Shown: piece by piece, positions 11,367 through 27,234 of the stretch
Layout of the letters: every line of letters starts with the position of its first letter
Numbering within the stretch: the first letter of the stretch is position 1
Assembly: GCA_002189035.1 (NCBI GenBank)
Contig: NEEC01000008.1
Location: forward strand, 1,240,001 to 1,304,000
Reading direction: 5' to 3'
DNA length: 64,000 bases
Origin: Utricularia gibba
Taxonomy: Eukaryota; Plantae; Magnoliophyta
Notes under the pieces: model-generated
The model's input: only the letters and a program-made list of their open reading frames with translations
The model's database searches: none
Told to the model about the DNA's origin: nothing
Position numbers and translations under genes: made by a program

Positions 11367-13695
11367 GATAACGGAGGTGTACTTCAACGCCGGCGAGTGA
11401 GAGGCAGCGAAGATTGATCCCAGACCAGAAGAGAGATGGACAGCGGAGAAGATAGAGATACACGCAAACAGCCGCCACGAAAGGACCTAAGGGCAAAAGT
11501 CTCTCGAGGGTTTGGGGTTTGCAAATGGAAAAAAGAAAAAAAAAAAGGAAAAAGGGTTTACAAGTTTTTTCTTTTATACAACTCGAGTGGTTCAAATTCC
11601 ACCACGCCTTTTTGCATCTCAGCCCCTTAACTAGTCCATTCTCACAAAATGCCCTCGAAAGAATGTACTATTTGCAGACAGCATCCCAAGACGTGGCTGC
11701 CTTTCATTGGTTAGTCCACGTCACCGTTCCGTGAAATATTTGCACATAAGAATATATATCTGCAACTTTTTCTATTCTACATATTTTCCATGATCCATAA
11801 AATCAAATGAATAAATTTGTTAACCTTTTTCTAGAAAAAAAAACATTAATATATGTCATTCGACTTTTACAAATTAAATTAAAGATATTAATATAATTAA
11901 ATGAAAATATATATAATATATTTTACAAGTATTTAAATCTAATTTTTAATTTATTAAGTATTCAAAATAATAATCCATGATCCTTTTAGCAAAGTATAGA
12001 CCATGAAATTAAAGAATTAGGAATAAGACATAATGCATAAAACAAAAAATATATTAGAATAAAATTCTGTTTATTGATTTCAAAATTAATTTTTTAAGTG
12101 ATATTTTTACTACAAAAAAAAAGTTTTCTTAATCAAATTTCCTATTGTCATATCATGTTTTTAGCATCTGATTTACCAAACAAGAAGGTCCATTGGTCCG
12201 CCGCTGCTAGGCTATTGGGCCGACGCTTGTGAGCCCATTAGTATTGGGCTTTGGATGGGTAATTCCACAGGCCCAGTAAGTTGTGTGAAATTAGGTCATT
12301 GAAGGTGAATTCATTCCCCTACTGGATTATTGAAATTGTAATAATTACATATAATTCCGCAATTATTTGTTTTCAAAGATGATGCTGCTGCTCTTTGTGC
12401 TGCAACAATCAAATGGTTGTAACGAAAAGTTGGAAAATGTAATTATTTTTCAAATTAAAATTTGAAATGATTTGGAACTTATGCGGGCCCCACGATATTA
12501 TCATAACCGGTTAAGTCAAGGAAAGGCGTCCGTCCACATCGAGGTGGTCATTGCCAGGCCCATGTGCCCAACCTATTTATTTATTTTTCAAAATTCGGAA
12601 AACCACCAATATAACGAATTTCCTTCTCCCAGATTGGATGTGGGATGGACATTGCATGGCATGTCGCGGCGTCATCATCGCTTGTCATCCATGATGTATG
12701 GTGGCATATCCCAAATCAATTTTAAAAAAAATTCTCGAAAAAAAGGACAATAATGAGATGATGGTTCATAATCAAAATTATTATTTTTATTCATAAATTA
12801 ATAATAATTAATTGTTAATATCTTTACTCAAAATTATTGAACATTAGAACATCAGATATATTCAAGAAAAAAATTGGATCGGATATTCTAGAATTTGAAA
12901 CAACATGCAATAGAATGATTCCAATATTTAATTTTTGGAAATAATTTTGAACCATAGACAATGGTACCATGTTAGCACAATGAGTAAGGCTAAGATTCCA
13001 TCCATAATTTACAATAGAATTAACTTGTAATGAACAAGGCTATGATTCCTTGAGGCCTTAATTAATTAATTAATTAATCAAACTTAGGGAAAGGATACTA
13101 GAGTATAATGTTTTGAAATCATGAATTTAATTTGAGATTAACTTTGATTCAATTCAAATTCATTATTAGAAATAATTATTTAAATAGTATTTTTAAATAA
13201 ATGATTAAATAAAAATGGGGTTTAAAAGCAATGTGAGTAGGTTAAAAAGGAGGAGTAACACCTGCATTGCATGTGATCAGATTCCGAGAATGAGATAGGG
13301 GAGGGGTAGAATAGGTATTTAGATTGACATTGGGCTGGCCCATCTTCGCTGCTTTCTCGCTTTCCTCTTGTTCCATTTCTGCCCCTCATCGCTTCCAGTT
13401 GTTTTGAATAAATCATCTTCGTTTGTACTTTAGCAATCACTAAGGCCAGATCCACCACCACACCGGAGAGAGGGAGAGTGTGTAAAAGGGGGGAGTGGGT
13501 TAACAGTGACACTCTTGAAACTGGGAGGGCGCTTGGAGAAGTGGGTGCCGTGATAAGCGGGGCGAGTCAATAGAAGGGGAGTTGGTTTGGTTCTGCTGTT
13601 AGTTTCGTCGGTTGCATTGGAAATCGTGTTTCCCGGTGCAGGGGGGAGTTCTTCGTTTGGCAAGGACGAGTTTTGTAGGGGGAGTTACTACTGCA

Positions 13696-15821
13696 ATGGT
13701 TGGGCCGGACCCAGAAGATGGCCGCCGGAGGAGAATGGCGGTGCTGTTATTTTTTTGCTTATGGTGTTCGTTCTCTGTATCTTCCGGCGCTAGGATTTCA
13801 GGTTCCAGGCAGAAACTTGAAGTTCGTAAACACTTGAAAAGACTGAATAAGCGTCCTATTAAGACGATTCAGGTCCACACTTCCGTGATGCGCAGTTAAT
13901 GGCATGTTTCTGTTTACTTGAATGCCGAATCTGTCTACTGGGTTTCACTCTATTGCTGGAATACCAGAGAATGTGTGTTTCAACTCCTGCATTTTTTGCT
14001 TCTCAAAATGTGCTAGTGACGAAAGTCGACGTTTTCTCCTCCTTTTTCGGTTTTTTTGTGAGGCCAAGGTTGTTGGGTTTCTTGTAAAGCTAATTTATGA
14101 GTTTGATGAGCTGACCTTCTCCTTTGAGGTTCTCAATTTTCCTAATTTAACAGTTTTGCTTTTGGAACTTCGCTTTATTCCTCCGTTTGCAGAATGCTTC
14201 TTCATCCTTTTGTACCGCCTTTTTTTTCTGGGTTCTTCGTAGTACAAAGCGCTTTATACTTTCCTTTCTTTCTCAAGGATTTGCACTTACAGAACCTTAT
14301 TAATTTTGACAGAGCCCAGACGGGGATATTATAGACTGCGTTCACATCTCCCATCAGCCGGCTTTTGACCACCCGTTTCTTAAAGATCACAAAATTCAGG
14401 TACATTTCGTCATCGCGTTTGCACTTGCTTTAATGTTACTTGTTGGTCGGAAAATTGTTCATTCAGAAGATTTTGGTGTTTTCTCTTCACCCCCAGATGA
14501 GGCCTAGTTACCACCCAGAAGGCCTTTTTCTTGAAGACATGAAGACTGTTGCATCTACAGAGGCAACAAATCCAATCACCCAGTTATGGCACACCAACGG
14601 CAAATGCCCCGAAGATACAGTTCCTATTAGAAGAACTAAGGAAGATGATGTTCTAAGAGCAAGCTCTGTCAAAAGGTATGGCAAGAAGAAGCACAAGAGT
14701 GTCCCCAAGCCCAGGTCTGCTGATCCCGACCTTGTGAACGAAAGCGGCCATCAGGTACTTGTGATGCACCTGGTTTTGTTCACCAAATTCTGAAGCTTTC
14801 TCATTCGCTTGCTCTGTTGTTTCACAGCATGCTATAGTGTACGTCGAAGGAGACAAGTATTACGGAGCGAAAGCTACGATCAATGTCTGGGAACCTTCGA
14901 TACAGCAGGCTAATGAATTCAGTTTGTCGCAGATTTGGGTGTTGGGTGGCTCTTTTGGTGAAGATCTCAACAGCATTGAAGCAGGTTGGCAGGTGAGATG
15001 CTCTTAGCATATTTTCTAGGATGAAAAAAGCTTCCTTTTTGACGATGCTTGTGTTCTGTGTCGTTGTCTATGGTTTCAGGTGAGTCCAGATCTTTACGGA
15101 GACAACAACACCAGGCTTTTCACTTATTGGACAGTAAGTTGCTCCCAGCTTCATGAACAGAAATGCACAAAATTTCATACTTCATATTCTGCATTGTGTT
15201 GGTAAACAGAGCGATGCGTACCAAGCCACAGGCTGCTACAATCTTCTCTGCTCAGGATTCGTTCAAGTAAACAATGAGATCGCGATGGGTGCGAGCATCT
15301 CCCCGATTTCAGCGTACAGGAACTCGCAGTATGATATCAGTATTCTTATCTGGAAGGTTGGTTTATCCCACCCAACTGGTGGCACATTCGAAGCTCAAAA
15401 ACCCATTTGCAAGTCATGATCAGTGAAGTTTGCGATGCTGCAGGATCCCAAGGAGGGGCACTGGTGGATGCAGTTCGGCAACAACTACGTTCTTGGCTAC
15501 TGGCCGTCGTTCTTGTTTTCGTACTTGGGCGACAGCGCGTCGATGGTTGAATGGGGCGGAGAGGTGGTGAACTCAGAGCCGGACGGCGAGCACACGTCGA
15601 CTCAGATGGGGAGTGGGCATTTCCCAGAAGAAGGTTTCGGCAAGTCAAGCTACTTCAGAAACATTCAGATTGTGGATGGCTCCAACAACCTGAGATCCCC
15701 GAAAGACCTGGGCACATTCACAGAGCAATCCAACTGCTACGACGTCCAGACCGGAAGCAACAGCGATTGGGGTCACTACTTCTACTACGGCGGTCCGGGA
15801 CAGAACCCCAACTGCCCATGA
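13696..15821 (+). CDS. Neprosin-domain (DUF4409 + DUF239) secreted glutamic peptidase-like protein
   Basis: Seven exons. Signal peptide [19 protein letters not shown] (start at 13696 or 13735), [72 protein letters not shown], and [10 protein letters not shown]...[12 protein letters not shown]. Confidence 0.92.
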
Positions 15822-16801
15822 TCGATTTGAACGAAGCGTGTCACCGGTGTTTGTATGAATTACGAATGAAACAGCCAATCTGACCCGCAAAATGTGTGTG
15901 TTCTGTCAAGAATCATCAGCAGTTCACCCCCATCTGTAACTTTTTGATGAGTGAAACATGTCTTAACGTAACGAAACAAAAAGCTATGAATGGAGGAGAA
16001 GCAACAGCAGTGCAGAGCGGCGCCATTTCCGATGCATTCCTACCACCTTGTCCATTTCCCTTCTGCGATCACGTGATCCAACTCAGTGATCGCCAAAAGA
16101 AGAGCAACAACTCACAAGAGAATCTTTCGAGTGGTCAAAGCGTCGTACGCCATAAATCACAAAATGGATATTTCTCAAAGCCCTCCCGTGACTCTTTCTG
16201 CTGCGCACATCTTTAAAATTATCATCAAAACAACCGCCGGGTTCAAATGGTCATAAAGGTGCCATTTTGAATCGGGAATTTGGAGTGTGTTTGCAAGAGA
16301 AAGAAGCCCAGTCAACCTTCTGTGTTTGCAACTTCGGCTGAGGACTTGCGTCAATGGCGGGCGAATCCAGTCTGAGCCATTGGGCTTCCGTGCGACAGAG
16401 ACAGATGTCTCTTACAACCAGCCACCTCCATCACTCTGCTCGCCCGTGTTGGATCTTCCGTGTGGTGCAGTGGATTCCTCTCCTGTGAAGCAATCACTGC
16501 TTGCTAAGAGCTAGTTGCCATTTGACTTTCAGAAGGAAACAACCCTGACAGACTTCCCGACAAGACAGCAACGTGTGGAATTGCTGGATTGGGCTGGAGC
16601 AAGATTTTTTGGGCCGGAGGAAGTTGGGTCACGTGGGTGGGGCCTACAGAAAGCTGGCTTTCCTCGTGGTGGGCCTTCACGGACGCCACCCAATTTATCA
16701 ATTCTCGTGTTTGAAGTTTTCACGTCCACGCGAGGACAAGGGAATCGTTCCAGTCCCTCCGTTTCTCCATCTTCCATCGTCGATCGTGTGCTGTAGGGAA
16801 G

Positions 16802-18634
<1,833 letters not shown>

Positions 18635-18864
18635 GATAATCCTCTCCATTTGTCTGATGATACAATCAGTGTACTCTTTTTGTGAACTCTCCTTCCTCAC
18701 CCCCTTCATTTGCTGTGACTGTTGGTTTAAAAATGTGGAGCTACGTCCAAATGGTTCCATCGGAGAATAGACTTTAAAATACTAGTTCTCAATTCTCTCA
18801 TCCAAAAGTTCATATGCTGCATTTCGATATCAAAATCAATGAAATATAATGCTATATTCCAATG

Positions 18865-18966
18865 TTTGATAGATTTATTTACATCTCCAAATGTATGCAT
18901 TTTAACAATTACACCTTATTTGATAAATTTATTTACGTCTCCAAATAGATGTATTTTAACAATTAC
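18865..18966. repeat. Imperfect tandem duplication, 2 x ~48-54 bp
   Basis: tttgata(g/a)atttatttac(a/g)tctccaaat....ttttaacaattac at 18865-18912 and again at 18919-18966. Confidence 0.8.
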
Positions 18967-19057
18967 GTTTGTTTGTGTTGATAGACGTGTTTTTCAAATA
19001 TAATTATCTTATATTTATTTGATAAATTTGGTTTTCAATAAATATGTGATTTATAAA

Positions 19058-19063
<6 letters not shown>

Positions 19064-19098
<35 letters not shown>
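19064..19098. repeat. (AT)n microsatellite
   Basis: About 17 consecutive AT units. Confidence 0.95.
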
Positions 19099-19103
<5 letters not shown>

Positions 19104-19500
19104 TTATCAAAACATTCGTATGAATTTTTTTTAATCAAATAAATTTTTATTTTTTTATTAAATATAAATAGCAAGCATAATAATATTTTAAATATATATG
19201 TATGAAACTTATTTATCAAACATAATTTTAATTATAGTCATATTATATTTATTTAAATATGAATAATTTAATTCATTTTATTTAGTTGGGGGCTATATTT
19301 GAATTCAATCTAACCTAAACAATGGCATCCACTCAATATTTTAAGCTTTTAAAATGAATTGATTTACTAGTTTTCTGATTATTATTTAAATTGATATTTT
19401 GGAATAAGCTAAATTTCATATTTCTTGGAAATGGGGAGTGCACAGGCAAAAATCAAAGAATGCTTGTCAGCTCCTATGGAAGAACTCTTAGATTAGATGG

Positions 19501-20842
19501 TTAGCTGCTTGGATGGTCGTCCGGCGTGGTCCTTTCATTGGATTCCGGCGGCCACCAGTCTCCCTTCTCTGGCAGCATATCCTCTGAGGAATCGTTTCTG
19601 AAATGCGCTCCTTCCTCCTCCTCCTCTTCAGCTGCGTCAAGCTTAACGTCACTGAGATTCACTCCCCTCTTCGCGAGAAACGCCAGGAAGTCCTTGAAGT
19701 TCTCCGGCGTCGGTCGGTAGTGGCCGCTGTGAGGCCACGCGGCCTGTTCCACATTCCAACAAAGGGTGTTAGTTCATTAACTGATATACGAAAGAATGGA
19801 AAAGAAAGATGTGGGGTGTTAGAGGGTGCCTTCAGAGTCCCCTTTTCTGCTACTATTCTTCCTGCAGCCAGAGCAGCGCCTCCTGCCAGGAAGCTTGAGT
19901 GCTGAAACGAACCCTTGTCTTTCTTGCCTACGTACAGAGTATTGGATGTGCTGAGCACGAAGATCCATTTGCACTTAGAGCCCTTTTCTCCTGTGTCCAG
20001 GAACTCCCCTGTCTGGGCGTACACGAGCTTCCCCTCCTCGAACTTCACCTCGTACGCCCTCCGCTCCATCTGAAAGATTAGCAGTCGGGTTAGTGAGAAG
20101 AGTCTCAGAGATCTACCAAACATTTTATCGAATTCTGTAGTAGAAAACCCACGGGGCCGAGGTACTTAATGCATTGCTGTTGAAGCTTTGACCGAGGGCA
20201 TCTGTCAACGAGATTGACTTCTTTGCCTTCTCCAATGTCCAGCCTGGGTGATTCAGAGATCCACTCTGAGAAAAAAAGAAGAAGAAGAAGAAGAAAAGAA
20301 GAAGTTCGAACGACAGATTACCAGTAGAAGAAGGGCTGTCTGCTCTCTGAACTCAGCCATCTATGGTAATAGAAGGCTAGATTGTGCCCATATCTGTGCC
20401 TGGGATCAATCTACACGAAAAACAGAAAGATTAAGTAAAATGAAGGTGGGTATGGTGAAATACACACAATTGGTGACTAATCAGCACTCACTGCCTCGAG
20501 CCAATGCTGGAGAGCAAGCTTGCGAGCTCCGCCGTTCTTGGACAACCCTTTTCCCACTTTAGCGGCTCTGGTCCTGGCTCTCGCCCATCTCGACACCGCC
20601 GTCTCGCGTTTATCCACCTCGAAGAAGGAAACCGAGCTCTGCTTCAGCTGCGCGAAGTCGAGAGCCTTCCACCACCGCTGCTCCGCGCAATCCCGTACCA
20701 TTCCCTTCGTTCTGAAGCTCCTGTAGACTTTCATGGCGGCCTCACGTTGAACCTCCTCATAATCGGGTTCCGGAAAGATGGACTCGCACTTGGTCTCCGT
20801 ATCGAAGTAGATCGACAAGGGGCATGAAAATGCGACACCCAT
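19501..20842 (-). CDS. IQ-motif-containing (IQM2/3/6-like) protein, shortened
   Basis: Five exons, first 20492..20842. [75 protein letters not shown]. The last intron is GC-AG (19744..19829). Confidence 0.88.
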
Positions 20843-21203
20843 GCAAACGGAAATGCGGCCGGAGAAGAAGAATGAACGAGTTGAAGACGAAAAGCGTGTC
20901 CTGGAAGCGGGGATGATGAGTTCGCACTTAACAGGAATACTTATATAGAGATACAACATCAGAAGCCTCCAAAGAGATGACAAGGCGGTGACACGTGGAA
21001 TTCCAATTATGCGACCATGGAAATTCACTTCCCCCTGTCCGTATTTCACCATGTACGGTTCCATTATTTTATATTTCATTTTTTTATCTCGTATATTGAA
21101 TCTCCAATTATATTATTAAATTTAACTATATTTTGTATTTTGAATGAATTTTCCATATCCAATTTTTATTTTATTAGAACTACTTAGAAAAAAACACGTT
21201 TTC

Positions 21204-21410
21204 AAAAAGTAATCAAATGAGATGTGCTTCATTTATGAGATTATATGTATTTAAAATTAGGATTATAAATTTTAAGATACTTAATTGATAAATTTAAATA
21301 AATCTTAGAAAAAGTAATCAAAGAGTGTGTTTAATTTATGGGACTATGTAAGTTTAAAGTAATATTATAAATGATAAGATATTTAGTTGATAAATTTAAA
21401 TAAACTTGAG
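21204..21410. repeat. Degenerate tandem duplication, 2 x ~105 bp
   Basis: Both units begin aaaagtaatcaaa and end ttgataaatttaaataaa. Units lie at ~21204-21308 and ~21309-21410. Confidence 0.7.
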
Positions 21411-22990
21411 ATTACATATGTTTTTCTAATCATATGTACGTGAGTTTATTAAATTTATTTAAAACCACACCCTCACTTACCTTACTTAAAACCACTGAAT
21501 TTCATTTATAATACCAATAACTAAACAATACTTAAAAATTTATCACATTCCCATCAACCAAAAACCATCCTATAGTATAGTTTATTTTTTTTATTTATTC
21601 TAAATATGTTTATTAGAATATCTTTTTTAAAAAATATATATGAATTTGTATCTGTATTTTTTTTTTTTTTTGAAAAACATTGCTTTTATTTTAAAAAAAG
21701 AGAGAGATAAACTTTTTATATTATTAATTTGGGCAGGTAACGTCAATGAACTTTAGAGATTGAGAACCCGACAGATCGGGTATGCAGGTTGACGTTCATC
21801 CGCAGCGGACAGCTCAGAGAATTTATCCAACGCGGAAAATAATTTTTTTCAATGGCGACGCGGAAAATAATCATAATTGAGCCTGAAAAACTAATTAATA
21901 AATTTAAAATATATGTTTGTTAGTCGATTATTTTAATTTTATTGGACATAAATTCGTTATTCCTCTATTTTGTTAAAAGGATGTTCATTGCTCATCCGGG
22001 TTTTTATTTTACGAAAATGGAGCCGGATCCGAACCCGCATACCAAATCCATGTAGATTTGAGACTCGAAATGGAGCACATATGATATGCCACCATGCCGA
22101 AGTCAATCCGTTGACATTTCATGGCGTTTTTCTGTTGCATTGTGTTTTCAAATTGACAAAATCGATATTTGCGATCGTTTAATATCAATCCATTATACAT
22201 ATTAATTAATCTCAAATCCATTATATAAACTAACAATAACACATTATTTATATATTATATGCTAACATTTTCTCCCGAATTTTATTTTGATTTTGATTCA
22301 ATGTTTTAAAAACGGGTTAATCCAATGTTTGATATCATTATGATTTAGATTAAATATTTTTATAATAGATTGAATCGAATTCAATTATTATTTTTTGTAT
22401 TTGATGAACCGAATTTAACTTCAAATTAAACACAAGATTTTAACATCAAGAGTATCAGAGAATTTGAAAAAAAAATTTAAAAAGACAAGTTCTGATAATG
22501 TGTACAGGTGAGGCAGCGACGGTGGGGGGATGCATTGCATGAAGTCAATAATGTAATAAAAACTGCGACGGTGCCGGCGAGGGAGATGTGAATAGACATG
22601 GACATGTCGCCGAGCCCTTTGCTATAACAAGGAATATTTGACTTTTCCGTCTTTGACTTTTTCTTCTTCATCGTTACAATAATAGCAGTGGTAATATAAT
22701 GCGTTTCGCCATGTCAGAGACTGCAGACCAAGTCGCCCATGGTCAACAACAAACAACGCTCTCCTGCCCAATTCACACTACTGAACTAACTGAACAATAA
22801 CGCCTCTTCTCTTCTCTTCCCTTCTCTTCCTCTGTGGTCAAGCGCCACAGAACTAGCACATAACTGCACGTGGTCCTTGAGTGTCACCAACAAGTTGGAC
22901 TGCGAGCAAGGAAGCAGCTCAGGATCTTGTTCTACAAGCAACAATGGTGTGACCACGACTAGTAAGACTCAGAACGCCACGCTCACCTTC

Positions 22991-23982
22991 TTATATTGAT
23001 TCATCGGTCTCATCAGAATCACTGCCGCCGGCAGCTGCTCCGCCCTTGGAAACAGTGGTTTTGGATGGAGTCTGGAAAGCCACCTTCTTGTCGGAGTTGC
23101 GGGCATGATCGTCTCCGTATTCGTCTGCCTCAGTATGTAAATTGGGCAGTCAAGGAATGAACATTCTTGGTTCATCACTCTAGGGATGTAGTTAGCGTTG
23201 ATTAATAAACACAAAAAGGATATTGATGTTCTCTGCTGTTCCACCAGCCATGATGTTCTGTAAATCTCTCTCTACACGGCCGACGACCTCCGGCTGCATA
23301 TCAAGAACAAAGACAAGAATACGGATTAAGGAATGCTATTTAAGCCTTTTCATCGGAAAAAGATGGCCATGCCATGTTAACAATTGAAAAGAAATGCATA
23401 TTACGTTTAAATCTGGTTCCCTGCGGAATCTTCTCCTACGAGCGTCCCTCATTGGTGGAGTAAGTCCATGCTTATACTCTACGGGTTCAGGGATGCTGTC
23501 ACCATCCTCCCGCACCATTATTATCTGCCAGAAAAGAAGTCATCAGAAACAAGGCATCTCCCAAATACCATAAATATGTTTCACTCATAGGAATCACCAT
23601 ACTTGACCAATATCTGCTGTTTTGATCAAAACATTATCATCATATGTCTTGTATGATTCCACCACTGTGGGAAGATCCAAAAGGGATGCAGAGAAACGAT
23701 CATTTCCGATAACAAAAGTTCCAGTTCTTCCATCCTCTGGAACAAATGAATACAAACACTGAATCAGACAAACCGATAGTGCACCCAACAATTGGAACAT
23801 CTCCAGATAATAATGCAGCACCTAGCAATTATCTATGGTCACGAAAAGAGTCTCAGTCAAAAGTTACCTGAAAATGACAAATCCAAGTTCTTGTCCTCAG
23901 AAGATGAGGCAGATTCATTTAAGAGCAGCTCTATTCTTTCGGCAACAGCTGGTGGCACTCTCAGTATGAACTGCTCTTCCAT
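22991..23982 (-). CDS. TAF7: TFIID subunit TAF7
   Basis: MEEQFILRVPP, SLLDLPTVVESYKTYDD, HGLTPPMRDARRRRFRREPDLN, PEVVGRVERDLQNIMAGG. The last coding intron is AT-AC (23137..23223). Ends SDSDETDESI*. Confidence 0.95.
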
Positions 23983-24669
23983 AATTGGCACCTAAAACTA
24001 TGACCAAATTCATGTGCACCAAATATCCGGAAGATTATACAGCATTCCATACGTTTTCACACTATACATGCTGAGGTAAAGAAGCTTTATCTCAGTCTAC
24101 ACAGTGCACATTAATAATTTTCAAAGTATGCCCTCAAATCGGCCCCGAAAACCGACCTCTCCCGTGTGATCGCATTTGTTGCCCACCAATTCATTCCCAT
24201 TCAAAAATCACCACGAGATTCTGTCAACGACTTTAAAAAGAACAGGAAATCCTTGCTCTACGGAGATTTTCATTGCACGGACCAGCCACAGTCAACATCA
24301 ATATGAAACGCGAAATGTAGTACTCCAAGAATCGAAAATGGAAACCCAAAAATTCAGAAACAGCTTCAAAAGGTAATCATCCTCCAGTATCGATAGTAAC
24401 AAAAAGGTTGACAACATTTGCAAACGACAAATGACTTGCTCCACGATAACGAAACCTTTCCACACGCACACATTCATCAACTCCAAACACAAACACATAC
24501 CTGAATTGAAAGTCCTAGGGCGTGAATTCAAGACTGGAACAACAACCTAACAGCACTCTATCATCGATTCTGGCTGAGTGATGGCCGAAATCGGAGGCGC
24601 CTTGCAGTTCCCTGCAACTGGGTTTTCCACGGTTTTTCCCTCTTTCCCTTGTACAATTTCCTGAAGATT

Positions 24670-24800
24670 TGTCAGTATTGGGCTTGGAATATCAATTTAT
24701 CTTTATATTGGGCCGGCTCTTCTTCCGCTAGGCCCATTTAGAAAGAAGATATTTTCGTCTTCTTCTTTAGAGCCTAGCCTTCGATTCAAAAAGCTTGGGC
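24670..24800. promoter_or_regulatory. Site II cluster in the short divergent promoter between TAF7 and the PLAT-like gene
   Basis: Several TGGGCY/RGCCCA motifs between two head-to-head genes. Confidence 0.6.
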
Positions 24801-24890
24801 TTTTGTTCCATGCCGATTCCACATCCCGGTGCCTGAGAGGCTGATATTTCTTCCGATCCAGGACTCAGACTATCTTTTCGATTCTGTGAC

Positions 24891-26469
24891 ATGAAACATC
24901 TGGAGATGGAGTTGATGCCGTCAAGATTGTTGTCACCTTCGCTTGCGCATGCTACTTTCTCTGCAACGAGCAAGATGAGAGCAGTTATTTTTCCAGCGAA
25001 AACGTGGAGTTTCCGTAAGCTCTCCGTCGTCGTCCAGTGGAAGAAAGATAGGTACCAAGGTATCCTACGCGGAGTTCCTTCTCATCTGCAGCATTTAAGG
25101 GCTTTGGTTTTAATCTAGTTCTTATTTTCTATTCTTGAAATAGTCACTGTTGATCGATCATTTGATGTTGCGGCATCTCTTTGAGCGTGTGTGTGTTTGC
25201 GCGCGTTTCTGGTGGATGAATAGAAACTTTAAATGCTGAAGAAATTGCAGAAGGTCTAGGTTTGTGATTCTTAATTTTAGAATCGGTGTTTGGCTGAAGT
25301 CTTCCGTGTTCACATCAGATTTTCAAGGATATGCGAAACCCGTGCAGCTTTTACCAGCTGATGTAGCAAAGGCCTGCACAAGTAGTTCGTCTGAGAAGCT
25401 GGTCGAACTCTTTCCATTTGAACACGATGAAGCTTTGTATAGACTTGAGCTGAAAACTAGCAGAACCTTCGGGTCGGACCTTACTGACCTAAATTCAGGA
25501 ATTCTATTATGTTTTATTGGTGAGAAGGGGTCATCCGTGTTGCAAAGATTACCTGCAGCCATTTCTGAAATAGAAAAATCTCTAGGAACCATGGAAACGC
25601 ATGATAGTTTGCACTTCCAAAGAGGCTCTATCGATGAATTTGTTTTCAAGGGACCTAATCTTGGAGGATTGCTGCCGTTTGGGTTGGCTTGGAATCAGGT
25701 GATTTGATTTTTATTTCATATTGCTGCCTGAGAGATGTTTATGATGAGCATATCCCATTTTCACTATTCTGTGGCAGGCCAGTGGAGAATTGGTGGAATC
25801 AACTTGACAGTTTTTTCTCATCTTCCACACGAAGATGGCCACCCCCCTGCAACTAACACCTTGGAAAACAAACTTCCAGCCAGTTTACGTTACCATTTTG
25901 AGATCGATGATGATATCTTGATTGGTGGAAAAAGTGATACTTCTATGATGGAATTTAGACCACAGTCTGTCACAGTATTTTCTGGCACTTCTGCCTTGTT
26001 GGATGAGAACCCTTCAAGTGCTTCAAGTGAAGAAAGCATGGAAGAATATGCAGACCTTAAGTTCTCATTACTACTCTACGATGCAGCGCTTGTCCTTTCT
26101 GGCGCTTCCATTCTGTCATTCGCATCTGGGAACAATGCCCAATATCCATTTTTGGCTGGCGGACTAGTAGGCTTCCTATACCTGTGTATCCTGCAAAGAT
26201 CAGTTGATGAATTACCTGCCTTGAATCTCATTCAAGGTGACAATCGAACAAACTTCATTCAAGCTGTTGAAAGATTAAAAATTCCCATAGCAGCTCTCGC
26301 ATTGGCAATCTTGTCCACAAGATTTGGCCCAACTGAAGATGGTATTAAGCTGACACCAGCAGATCTCATTTTTGGAATGCTTGGATTTCTGATGTGTAAA
26401 GTGGCAGCTGTGCTGGCTGCATTCAAAACCATTCAACTGAGCCGTAAACATGGCAGCCGAAGTTCATAG
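24891..26469 (+). CDS. Plastid-targeted PLAT/LH2-like membrane protein (At1g55280-like)
   Basis: Exons 24891..25059, 25319..25698, 25778..26469. Transit-peptide-like N-terminus, YQ|DFQGYAKP, LYRLELKTSRTFGSDLTDLNSGILLC, FQRGSIDEFVFKGP, GQWRIGG, EYADLKFSLLLYD, and C-terminal TM helices. One base is missing at ~25665. Confidence 0.8.
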
Positions 26470-27234
26470 CGCCTGCCAACATGACTGTGTCTTGGTACAC
26501 ATCAAATTAGAAGCCTGCCTGCAAAAGCGCATATGGATTTTACTTGGCAGTGTAAGCTCTCCGTTATCAATCTCTTATCTTCTCCACAATGCCACAAAGC
26601 CACATAAATTATCTTGATTTCATTCCTGTTCCTCAGCTAGCCTTTCACCATATGCTTCGATTATGTAGTGGAATGCAATACAGACTAGATCTTCGATGAA
26701 TCAGTTGTTGTGATTGCCAGTATTGCGTGTTTCATGAGTTTGTTGTGTCTTGTGTCTGAGTTGTGTAGCTAAGATATTATAATTAATAATAAAAATTATT
26801 CATGTCATTTCTTTTCATTCATATCCTATGATTTTTTATGGGGAACTAAATCCTATGCTTTTTTTGGTTTTTGTTTTTCACTGAACAAATTAAATGTCAT
26901 GTTTTTATTTTTTCATAGATTTAATAAACTTTTGTACCAAACATATGAAATATAGTGTCTAACATGATCTTAGTTTTTTCATTCAAAAATCTCATATTTC
27001 CATTTTTCATCCTACTCTCGTGATGTAGAGAAATTTCTAATTTGACCACCAATCAACATTTCCAAAACTGTTATTATGACCTCTGAGGCACAAAAACAGG
27101 GCAGGATCTGGCGGAAGCAAGAGTGGGTCTCCAGGAAGCATCCGGTGCTATAACAAAGAAAACAAGTCAATGGAAGGCGAAAGGACAACAAGCTGAACTG
27201 CTGATTCCCAGCACAGCTCTTGCTGTGAGCTGCT

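Noticed and set aside
12531-12646. Two USE-like motifs (GTCCACATCG, ATCCCACATCC)
   Set aside because: Both are imperfect, and no recognisable snRNA body follows either.
25060-25318. GTATCCTA donor resembling a third U12 intron
   Set aside because: The +8 position deviates from the consensus and there is no TCCTTRAC-like branch site before the AG.
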